This document shows, piece by piece, positions 1 through 10,081 of a stretch of 10,744 nt of DNA. This DNA comes from Vulcanimicrobiales bacterium (GTDB taxonomy: Bacteria; Vulcanimicrobiota; Vulcanimicrobiia; Vulcanimicrobiales; Vulcanimicrobiaceae): contig JBBQQR010000036.1 in assembly GCA_038215615.1 (NCBI GenBank), positions 1 to 10,744 of the forward strand. Reading direction: 5' to 3'. A program made the position numbers and the translations under genes. The notes under the pieces were generated by a model, which was given only the letters and a program-made list of their open reading frames with translations, had not been told where the DNA came from and did no database searches. Every line of letters begins with the position of its first letter. Position 1 is the first letter of the stretch.

Positions 1-1
1 C

Positions 2-424
2 TTTTTCTCAACTATCGGACATACCCCGCAGCTTACCGCCGAGCAGCAGGCATTTTTTGAAGAGCTCGTTCCGGCAGATTCATCCAACCCGTTTTTGCCG
101 GCGGAACTCGCGGCCGTCACCGCGCGCGTGCGGCAGTCACCGGTCGCAGGCGCCGGGAGGGCTTTCGATATGCTTCTTGCCAAAGGTGCCTTCGTGAAGG
201 TTAACGAGGAGCTGTACCGCGGCACGCAGATCGCGCAGATTCGCGCGCGCCTGCAAGGGTTCGTGCGCGAGCACGGCCGCATGACGATGGCAGAGTTTCG
301 CGACCTGATCGGCACGTCGCGAAAATACGCCGTGCCGCTCTTGGAATGGTTCGATGCGCGTGGAATTACCGTGCGCAGCGGGGATTACCGGATGCTGCGA
401 AGTGCGGACGAGGCGCACATATGA
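2..424 (+). CDS. selB: Selenocysteine-specific elongation factor SelB, C-terminal winged-helix (SECIS-binding) region; 5'-partial
   Basis: Frame is open from position 2 (FFSTIGHTPQLTAEQQAFFEEL...) to TGA 422-424. C-terminal MTMAEFRDLIGTSRKYAVPLLEWFDARGITVRSGDYR matches the SelB last winged-helix motif (SRKYAxPLLExFD...T.R.GD.R). A tRNA-Sec lies in the same window. Confidence 0.92.
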   Translation, partial: FFSTIGHTPQLTAEQQAFFEELVPADSSNPFLPAELAAVTARVRQSPVAGAGRAFDMLLAKGAFVKVNEELYRGTQIAQIRARLQGFVREHGRMTMAEFRDLIGTSRKYAVPLLEWFDARGITVRSGDYRMLRSADEAHI

Positions 425-1445
425 TCGATGTGCGCGCGCTGCCGAAAGCGGAACTGCACATCCACATCGAGGGAACGTTCGAGCCCGCGCAGATCTTCCA
501 ATTCGCGCAGCGCAACAACATCAAGCTGGCCTATCCCGATGTCGCCGCGCTCGAAGAAGCGTACAAGTTTACCGATCTGCAGTCGTTTCTGAATCTGTAC
601 TACGCTGCGATGGCCGCGATCCGGACGGAACGCGACTTTGAAGAGCTGACGATCGCTTATCTGCAGCGGGCGAAAGCGCAGGGCGTGCGCCACGCGGAGA
701 TATTCTTCGACCCGCAAGCTCACTTGGAACGCGGTCTCAGTTTTGACGTCATAATAAATGGCCTGTGGGCGGCGCTACAGCGAAGCAGCTCCGAGTTTGG
801 TATGACGACCGCACTGATCATGTGCTTCTTGCGCGATCAGTCTGAGGCGTCGGCTCTGCAGACGCTCGAACTGGCGCTGCGGCACCGCGACAAGATTATC
901 GGGGTCGGTTTGGATTCGGCCGAGCTTGGAAATCCGCCCTCGAAATTTCAGGCGGTATTCGACCGCGCGCGCGCCGCCGGGTTTCTCACGGTCGCCCATG
1001 CCGGCGAGGAAGGGCCGCCCGAGTACGTCTGGGAGGCGCTCAATCTGCTCAAAGTCTCGCGCGTGGATCACGGCGTGCGCAGCATGGAAGATCCCAAACT
1101 GGTCGCGCATTTAGCGCAAACACAGATTCCACTGACGGTATGTCCACTTTCGAACGTGCGCCTGCGCGTGGTCGATCGCATGGCGGATCATCCATTGAAG
1201 CGTATGATGGACGCGGGGCTTCGCTGCACGGTCAATTCCGACGACCCCGCATATTTTGGCGGATACGTTGCCGACAATTTTAGTGCCGTCCAATTGGGAC
1301 TGCAGCTCACCGATGACGACCTGGTGCAACTTGCGCGCCACTCATTCACTTCATCCTTTATCGATGAGTCGGCTAAGAAGAAGTTTCTCGCGGAGATCGA
1401 TGGCTTTGCGCCGATGAATTCCTTGATGAATTCCGGATTACCAAA

Positions 1446-1449
<4 letters not shown>
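421..1449 (+). CDS. add: Adenine/adenosine deaminase (amidohydrolase fold), probably the adenine deaminase subtype
   Basis: [13 protein letters not shown] (HxH metal motif), [53 protein letters not shown] at 421 overlaps the selB stop (ATGA); the ORF-track start at 346 is an upstream extension. Confidence 0.92.
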
Positions 1450-4066
<2,617 letters not shown>

Positions 4067-4067
<1 letters not shown>

Positions 4068-4627
4068 TGTTCATGGAACTCGCGTTCAGCGAGCAGATGC
4101 ACTTTTTGCTCGAAGCAATCAAAGACATCCAAGGTACGATTCGGGCGGTTGACACCAAGGTCAGCATCTTGCTGGCAGCGCTTGCGATTCCGCTTCCGCA
4201 GGTCGCGGTGTTTTTTACGTATTGGCACGCGCGCGGTTTTTCGGCGACGTGGGGCCACATGCTCATGGTTCTAGCCATCGTGCTGTATATAACCGCGGTC
4301 TACATTGCAGTAAAGACGCTGGTAGGAATCGGCGATGCGACCGGGCACGTTCGGGGCGTGCGGATGCAAAACACGTTTTATGCGGGCGGGATGTTCCGTC
4401 TGAACTGGCGCGACTCGCTAGCGGACCGGCTCTCGGTGAAATCATCGAAGACCGTTGACGAGTACGTTGCGTCGCTGCCTTCGACGCGAAACGGTATGGT
4501 CGAAGAGCTGGCGATCGAGATGATGGCTCTGGCTTACATCCGCGATTTGAAACTCTACCGGCAGCGATCGGCTTTTGCGGCCACGGTCACTGCCGGTGCA
4601 GTCGCGTTTATCGCGCTTATCGCGTAA
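4067..4627 (+). CDS. Three-TM membrane protein, Pycsar effector-like (PycTM/DUF5706 family)
   Basis: N-terminal IQGTIRAVDTKVSILL resembles the family I..aDtKa.xLL signature. Two N-terminal hydrophobic helices (~aa 32-53, ~64-83), a soluble loop, then LAYIRDLKLYRQR before a C-terminal TM helix (~aa 169-186). ATG overlaps the clpB stop (TAATG). Confidence 0.65.
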
Positions 4628-4630
4628 TCG

Positions 4631-5020
4631 TTACTTGACGGTGACGGCGAACGTCGTCGTGCGCGCGGGTTTTACGCCTTTTTGCCACGGGTGCGCATAG
4701 GAGAAGGTGATCTGCGCGGTGCCCGGATTGTTGGCTTTGCACACGAAAATCTGTTGGCCGCCCGCGCCCATTTTTTGTTTCGCCGTTGCGGGAGGTCCCT
4801 GGTAGGCCGAACCCCACACTGTAACCGTGCCGTTCGAACTCTTGCCGGTCCAAGAATATCCGGTTGTGGGATTGCCCGGGATGGCGATGAGGAACTCTTG
4901 TCCCGCCGTAACGCTGATGGGCGACGATTGAAAGACCGTTGCGTTATAGGTGTCGGCGAGCGCCGCCGCGCTCGCGCCGAGCGCGAAAAGCAGAGCAAGA
5001 AATGCGCCTTTAAATTTCAT
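4631..5020 (-). CDS. Secreted cysteine protease inhibitor, chagasin / inhibitor I42 family
   Basis: Signal peptide MKFKGAFLALLFALGASAAALA. Diagnostic NPTTGYSW, GAGG and YAHPWQ (family YxRPW) loops. ATG overlaps the typA stop; GGGAG at 5032-5036 is a possible RBS. Confidence 0.88.
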   Translation of the reverse strand: MKFKGAFLALLFALGASAAALADTYNATVFQSSPISVTAGQEFLIAIPGNPTTGYSWTGKSSNGTVTVWGSAYQGPPATAKQKMGAGGQQIFVCKANNPGTAQITFSYAHPWQKGVKPARTTTFAVTVK

Positions 5021-6846
5021 ACGTTGACTTTCTCCCTTTTCCGCTGGCGCAAGCGCGCCGTCTCGTTGAGGATACGCTTTCGCAGGCGGATCGATTTCGG
5101 CGTCACTTCGACGAGTTCATCGTCTTCGATGAATTCGATGGCGCGTTCGAGCGAGAGTTCCTCGGGCGGCGCGATATTGACGTTTTCGTCGGAGCCTGAA
5201 GCGCGCATGTTGGTGAGTTTTTTTGCACGCACGACGTTGAGCGAAACGTCCATGTCGTCGTTGGCTCGCCCGGCGATCATGCCCTCGTACACCTCAACAC
5301 CCGGCCCGACGAAGAAGCGGCCGCGCTGCTGTACGCCCATCAGGGCGTAGCCGGTCGTTCTGCCTGTGTCGCTTGCAACCAGTGCGCCGACGTTGCGGCT
5401 GGGCAACTCTCCCATCCAGGGCTGGTGGTCGTAATACGTATGCGACATAACGGCGGTGCCGCGCGTCAACGTGAGCAGCTCGCCGCGCAATCCGAAGATC
5501 GCACGCGTCGGCATCGTGTATTCGAGCCTGCGCGACCCGCCCACTGAAATCATGTTCGACATGATCGCCTTGCGCTGGCCGAGGGCTTCGATAACTGGGC
5601 CTGAGTATTCGTCGGGCACGTCGACGACGACGTACTCTACAGGTTCGTGTTTTTGGCCGTTGCGCTCGGTGAGGATCACCTGCGGCTTTGAAACTTGCAG
5701 TTCGTACCCTTCGCGGCGCATCGTCTCGATGAGAATCGAAAGATGCAGCTCGCCGCGGCCGCGCACTTCGAAGGTGTCGGCTGAATCCGTTTCCTCTACA
5801 CGCAGGGCGACGTTCGATTCGAGCTCGCGCGTCAGCCGGTCGCGGATCTGCCGCGACGTGAGGAATTTGCCTTCGCGTCCCGCAAACGGCGAGTTGTTCA
5901 CGCTGAAAAACATCGAGACGGTCGGCTCGTCGACCGCAACGGCATGCACGCCCTCGGGTTCGCTGACGTCTGCGATCGTGTCGCCGATGTTCAAGCCCTC
6001 GATGCCGGAGACGCAAATGATGTCGCCGGCCATCGCTTCCTCGACTTCGATTCGCTCCAATCCGAAAAACGTCAGCATCTTCGTAAGCCGCAATCCGGTC
6101 TCGACGGTTCCGTCGCGCGCGACCTTAACGATTGGCGCGTTCACACGGGCGACGCCGCGGAAGACCCGGCCGATGCCGACCCGGCCGACGTATTGGTTGT
6201 GGTCGATGGCTGAAACCAGCAGCTGCAGCGGGCCGTCTTCGCCCGGCGCTTCGGGAACGCGCGTCGCGATCGTTTCAAAAAGCGGTTCGAGCGTCGTACT
6301 CTCATCTTCGAGCTCGAGTTTGGCGATGCCGAGCTTGGCATTGGTGTAAACCACCGGAAACTCGGCTTGTTCGTCGTTCGCGCCCAGCTCGACGAACAGG
6401 TCGAAAACGTCGTTGACGATCTCTGCGGCACGCGCATCCTTGCGGTCGATCTTGTTAATCACGACGATCGTTTTAAGATCGAGTTCCAGCGCTTTGCGCA
6501 GCACGAAACGCGTCTGCGGCATGACGCCTTCGGCCGCGTCGACCAGCAGCAGCACGCCTTGCACCATTTGCAGCACCCGCTCGACCTCGCCGCCGAAGTC
6601 GGCGTGGCCGGGTGTATCGACGATATTGAACTTAATATCGCCGTGCTTGATCGCCGTGTTTTTTGCGAGGATGGTGATGCCGCGCTCACGCTCGAGGGGG
6701 TTGGAATCCATCACGCGCGTGGCGACGTGCTGCCCCTCCCGGAAAACGCCGCTTTGTTTGAGCATCGCGTCGACGAGCGTGGTCTTGCCGTGATCCACGT
6801 GCGCGATGATGGCGACGTTGCGGATATCGGGACGGGTGGTGATCAT
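5017..6846 (-). CDS. typA: Translational GTPase TypA/BipA
   Basis: IRNVAIIAHVDHGKTTLVD, ERERGITILAKNT, DTPGHADFGGEVER, INKID, GRGELHLSILIETMRREG, KKLTNMRASGSD, ELVEVTPKSIRLRK. Start placed at ATG 6846 (MITTRPDIRN), giving 609 aa, typical for the family. Confidence 0.97.
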   Translation of the reverse strand: MITTRPDIRNVAIIAHVDHGKTTLVDAMLKQSGVFREGQHVATRVMDSNPLERERGITILAKNTAIKHGDIKFNIVDTPGHADFGGEVERVLQMVQGVLLLVDAAEGVMPQTRFVLRKALELDLKTIVVINKIDRKDARAAEIVNDVFDLFVELGANDEQAEFPVVYTNAKLGIAKLELEDESTTLEPLFETIATRVPEAPGEDGPLQLLVSAIDHNQYVGRVGIGRVFRGVARVNAPIVKVARDGTVETGLRLTKMLTFFGLERIEVEEAMAGDIICVSGIEGLNIGDTIADVSEPEGVHAVAVDEPTVSMFFSVNNSPFAGREGKFLTSRQIRDRLTRELESNVALRVEETDSADTFEVRGRGELHLSILIETMRREGYELQVSKPQVILTERNGQKHEPVEYVVVDVPDEYSGPVIEALGQRKAIMSNMISVGGSRRLEYTMPTRAIFGLRGELLTLTRGTAVMSHTYYDHQPWMGELPSRNVGALVASDTGRTTGYALMGVQQRGRFFVGPGVEVYEGMIAGRANDDMDVSLNVVRAKKLTNMRASGSDENVNIAPPEELSLERAIEFIEDDELVEVTPKSIRLRKRILNETARLRQRKREKVNV

Positions 6847-6856
6847 AAAGGGCGGG

Positions 6857-6874
6857 TTCGCGCTCGGGCGCGAA
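6857..6874. promoter_or_regulatory. 7-bp inverted repeat in the 37-bp divergent typA/methyltransferase spacer
   Basis: TTCGCGC-TCGG-GCGCGAA. Function not established. Confidence 0.35.
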
Positions 6875-6883
6875 GCTTCCGGT

Positions 6884-7870
6884 ATGGCCGCGGCAACGAT
6901 CGAGCGCATCGGCGAGCATCTGTTCGTCAATGCGGACTGCGTGCGCGGCGCAGCCGCGCATCTGGCTGACGGCAGCGTCGATGTGATAGTGACCGACCCG
7001 CCCTATGGAATCGAGGGCGATCGCCTCGACCGGCATTACAACCGCGACGAGCGTTTTGTAGAGGATGGCTACGTGGAAGTCGATGCGCGCAAATACGCAA
7101 GTTTCAGCCGCGCGTGGATAGCACAGGCCGAACGCGTGCTCAAACCCGGCGGCCAGCTCTACGTCGTTTCCGGATATACCAACCTGTACGACGTGCTCGG
7201 TGCGTTGCGCAAGACGAGCCTGCGCGAGATCAACCACATCATTTGGAAGTACAATTTCGGCGTCTACACGTCGTCAAAGTTTGTTTCCTCACATTACCAT
7301 ATTTTGTATTATGCCAAGCCGGGCGGCAAGCGACGCTTCAATCTGCAGGCGCGGTTTGCGTTGGACGAAACCGCCGCGGACGGCCGCTCGCTCAACTATC
7401 GCGATCGCGAAGACGTGTGGAGCATCAACCGCGAGTACAAACCCGGTCAGCGTAAGAATAAAAACGAGCTGCCTAAAGCGCTGCTGAAAAAAATTCTCGC
7501 CTACAGCAGCAAAGAGGGCGACGTGGTTTGCGATTTCTTTTTAGGCGGCGGTTCGACCGCAGCGGTCTCTATCGGAATGAACCGCCGCTTCGTCGGCTTC
7601 GAAATATCGAAGCGTACGTTTCGAAGCCGCGTTCCCGACCTAAAGAAAATTGTTCCGGGCTCGTTACTCGAAGCGGTGCCCGAGCCGCACGTTGTGCGCA
7701 ACCGCGGAAAACCATGGAGCGCCGCGGAGCTCGAGCAGCTGCACTGTCGCTTTCGCGAGCTGCGCGCATCGGGAGCGACTCGCGGCGCGATCGTTGCTAC
7801 GCTCAGCGCAGAGCTCGAAAGGGGCGCTTGGGCAATCCGCAAGCGCCTCAGTTCGGCTAGGAGCTCTTAA
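6884..7870 (+). CDS. Site-specific DNA methyltransferase, N6-adenine/N4-cytosine beta class, with a C-terminal helix-turn-helix-like extension
   Basis: Catalytic motif IV VDVIVTDPPY precedes SAM-binding motif I VCDFFLGGGST (beta order). Also RVLKPGGQLYV, IIWKY, ILYYAK, RRFVGFEI. Start at ATG 6884 avoids overlap with typA. Confidence 0.9.
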   Translation: MAAATIERIGEHLFVNADCVRGAAAHLADGSVDVIVTDPPYGIEGDRLDRHYNRDERFVEDGYVEVDARKYASFSRAWIAQAERVLKPGGQLYVVSGYTNLYDVLGALRKTSLREINHIIWKYNFGVYTSSKFVSSHYHILYYAKPGGKRRFNLQARFALDETAADGRSLNYRDREDVWSINREYKPGQRKNKNELPKALLKKILAYSSKEGDVVCDFFLGGGSTAAVSIGMNRRFVGFEISKRTFRSRVPDLKKIVPGSLLEAVPEPHVVRNRGKPWSAAELEQLHCRFRELRASGATRGAIVATLSAELERGAWAIRKRLSSARSS

Positions 7871-7871
7871 C

Positions 7872-9230
7872 TTAGCAGTAGCCTTTGCAGGGCGGATCCG
7901 TGGCAGAGACCGGCGGCGGCGTAACGGTACCCGCCGGTCGGGCAACCGTCCAGCTCGTTCCATCGGGCTCGACCAGTCCGTCGCCGTTCATCTGATACGG
8001 TCCGGTGTCTCTTGAGTACGTGTAGAGCGGATGGCCTTGGTACGCCCATTGCTTGCTGCCGTCGGGGCGCGTGATTGGTGAGAGGTCCCCGCTTGCCGTT
8101 GCATTGGCGGCGGCGGTCAGCGGCGGCCATGTTCCCGAGCAGCCGCTATATGTCGCCAACGTGCAGTTCGAGACGTTTACTCCGTCGGCAGTAAAGACGT
8201 AGAGCGTGAAGGCGCTCGGATTGACGTAGGCGGGATAGCCCCCGACCGAGGAGAGTACCGGGAAGTTCTGCTGAGGTCCAGGCGTTGCGGTCGGCGTGAC
8301 ATTCGACATGTAGATCGCGCCCGATGCAGCCACGACGTACAGATGCGCTCCGTCGGTTGCGATGCTGACGCCGGCTCCCGGTTCGCCCGTATACGTTCCC
8401 GAACTCAAATTGTAGTAGTAGATATTGTTGCCCGACGAATTGGTCGGGAAGCCGAGCACGAAGTAGCCGCCGCCGGTGGTGGCGGAGATTGCCGACGCAT
8501 TGCCCGGCAGCGTCGAAAAGCTATGGTCGGGGTTTTCGTAGTAAATCGACCCCAGCGAATTCAAAATGTAGAGGCCGCCCGTATTGACCGAGCCGCCCGA
8601 ACCGGTGTAGCTGCCGGTGTCCCATGACGCGGCAATGCCCGTGCCGGAACCAGGGACTTGCGTCCAGGCCCCGCTGACGTTGTGCCAAATCGCGCGGTCC
8701 GGTCCGCTGCCGCCGTTTGAGAGAACGTAGGTAGAGCCATCCGCCGCGGCGGTCAGCGTTTGGGCACCGCCTCCCAAGGCCGTCCATGCGCCGGCCGTAT
8801 AGGAGTAAGTGCCGCCGGCTGAGTTGATCGCGTAGAGTGTGCCGCTGGGCGCAATTGCGAGCTGAGAGGCGAGCCCGGCAATGTTGGTCCAGGCGCCGCT
8901 GGCGTAATGCCAGATGTACTTGTCCGGGCCTTGCGGTTCGGTCGAGAGCACCCAAATCGAGCCGTCCGTGCTGGCGCTGACTTGCGTCGCGGAGCCGGGG
9001 ATTTGCGTCCAGCTTAGGCCCTGGATATCGCTCTGCGTGCGGATGGGCGACTGCATTGCGCTGCGGGGCAGGATCGCCGTTTTCACCATCGGCTTCACCG
9101 GAATATTGGCCGGCGAGACGGATTGCGGCGTTGGCAGCTGGGGCGTTCCCCCGGGAATGTTCCGGTCCGAGCACGCGGCCGCAACTATGGCGATGCCAAG
9201 TGCAATAAACGAGATCCGCAATGACTTCAT
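7872..9230 (-). CDS. Lipoprotein with six tectonin-like beta-propeller repeats and a C-terminal COG4315 / Lipoprotein_15-type domain
   Basis: Lipobox VAAA-C20; Pro-rich linker. Repeats of type WTQIPGSATQVSASTDGSIWVL. C-terminal TLYVFTAD..SNC..C..TWPP and QWAYQGHPLYTY..D..NGDG..W motifs. Strong RBS upstream. Confidence 0.8.
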   Translation of the reverse strand: MKSLRISFIALGIAIVAAACSDRNIPGGTPQLPTPQSVSPANIPVKPMVKTAILPRSAMQSPIRTQSDIQGLSWTQIPGSATQVSASTDGSIWVLSTEPQGPDKYIWHYASGAWTNIAGLASQLAIAPSGTLYAINSAGGTYSYTAGAWTALGGGAQTLTAAADGSTYVLSNGGSGPDRAIWHNVSGAWTQVPGSGTGIAASWDTGSYTGSGGSVNTGGLYILNSLGSIYYENPDHSFSTLPGNASAISATTGGGYFVLGFPTNSSGNNIYYYNLSSGTYTGEPGAGVSIATDGAHLYVVAASGAIYMSNVTPTATPGPQQNFPVLSSVGGYPAYVNPSAFTLYVFTADGVNVSNCTLATYSGCSGTWPPLTAAANATASGDLSPITRPDGSKQWAYQGHPLYTYSRDTGPYQMNGDGLVEPDGTSWTVARPAGTVTPPPVSATDPPCKGYC

Positions 9231-9239
9231 ACGAAAAAT

Positions 9240-9246
9240 CTCCTCC
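9240..9246 (-). promoter_or_regulatory. Shine-Dalgarno site of the lipoprotein gene
   Basis: CTCCTCC on + strand = GGAGGAG on - strand, 9 nt upstream of the ATG at 9230. Confidence 0.8.
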
Positions 9247-9332
9247 GGCCGCGGCTGACTGGCTCAGCGTACGCTCCAGGGATGAAGAAAGTTTGAAAGA
9301 CCGCCCTCGAACCCAGGCGGCGTGGGTCCCGA

Positions 9333-9878
9333 ATGGCTGGCAGTTTCGTCCCTGGCCGAGGCTTGACCGAATCGACAAAACGCGCGTCGGCGTTCGCGGC
9401 CTGCGCTTTACTATGTACGATGTCGCCCGTGACCGGAGCGCAACGATCCGATGGCCGCCAAATCCGCGCGATGCTTGCGTCGTATTATCAGGCCTTCCGC
9501 GCCCGCGACGTTGATACCATCATGACGATGTATTGGCGCAGCCCCAGATTCGTCGCATTCGATATCGTGCCGCCGCTCCGGTTCGTCGGATGGGACGCGT
9601 ATAAGAAAGATTGGCAAGCGTTTTTTTTGGCCTTTAAAGGACGCTTAACGGATGACCCGATAACGTTCAAACTCGTCGTTGACGGTAGGATAGCCTACAG
9701 CGAGGGTACCGAACGTATGACGGGGACGCTTACCGACGGAACGAGGACGACGATCATTGTGCGCGCGACGGATGTCTATCGCAAGATCGGCGGCAGATGG
9801 TTCATCGTTCACGAGCACGTCTCCGTTCCGGTGGACTTTACTACCGGGAAAGCGATCTTTAACGCGCGCGATCACTAA
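9333..9878 (+). CDS. SnoaL-like / NTF2-superfamily (YybH/DUF4440-like) protein, possibly exported
   Basis: YYQAFRARDVDTIMTMY, FDIVPPLRFVG, RATDVYRKIGGRWFIVHEHVSVPVD are typical of YybH-type SnoaL proteins. The N-terminus has a signal-peptide-like stretch. Start uncertain (ATG 9333, TTG 9363 or later). Confidence 0.85.
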   Translation: MAGSFVPGRGLTESTKRASAFAACALLCTMSPVTGAQRSDGRQIRAMLASYYQAFRARDVDTIMTMYWRSPRFVAFDIVPPLRFVGWDAYKKDWQAFFLAFKGRLTDDPITFKLVVDGRIAYSEGTERMTGTLTDGTRTTIIVRATDVYRKIGGRWFIVHEHVSVPVDFTTGKAIFNARDH

Positions 9879-9882
9879 CTAT

Positions 9883-9976
9883 GGGAGAGTACGGGTCTGG
9901 TGGCCCGCACGGTCTTCAAAACCGCTGAGGCCGGGGTAACTCGGCTGGTAGGTTCGATTCCTACACTTTCCCGCCA
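9883..9976 (+). tRNA. selC: tRNA-Sec (anticodon UCA)
   Basis: Acceptor GGGAGAGT/ACTTTCCC, 6-bp D stem CGGGTC/GGCCCG with TGGT loop, anticodon loop CT-TCA-AA (TCA 9916-9918), long variable arm GGCCGGG-GTAA-CTCGGCT, T arm GTAGG-TTCGATT-CCTAC, discriminator G plus encoded CCA. Confidence 0.97.
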
Positions 9977-10059
9977 CCCTTATGCCTTGTCACCATAAGT
10001 GCGACATGTGGTGATTGGCGTGCCACTTGTGGTGCTTGCGATCGTTTCCTCGCGACCTC

Positions 10060-10081
10060 CAAAGTACTAAACAAAGTACTT
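10060..10081. repeat. Tandem 9-bp direct repeat with 12-bp period, also readable as an inverted repeat
   Basis: CAAAGTACT at 10060-10068 and 10072-10080; AAGTACT (10062-10068) / AGTACTT (10075-10081) is a perfect inverted pair. Confidence 0.7.

Noticed and set aside
346..420. ORF-track N-terminal extension of the deaminase
   Set aside because: It lies inside selB. Family similarity starts at ATG 421, which forms a typical ATGA overlap.
6806..6930. Apparent head-to-head overlap of typA (to 6930) and the methyltransferase (from 6806)
   Set aside because: Artefact of longest-ORF start choice. Family-consistent starts at 6846 and 6884 remove the overlap.
4682..7237. Long alternative-frame or antisense ORFs over typA (4682-5350, 5294-6016, 5456-6349, 6367-6969, 6686-7237)
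   Set aside because: Shadow ORFs expected in GC-rich coding DNA; Arg/Ser-rich with no recognisable motifs.
9247..9332. Riboswitch in the lipoprotein/SnoaL divergent spacer
   Set aside because: Only short 5-bp GC-rich stems (GCTGA/TCAGC, CCGCC/GGCGG, ACCCA/TGGGT) and no recognisable aptamer consensus.
8521..9378. 285-aa minus-strand ORF overlapping the lipoprotein
   Set aside because: Alternative frame of a well-supported gene that has its own RBS and lipobox; Arg/His-rich shadow composition.
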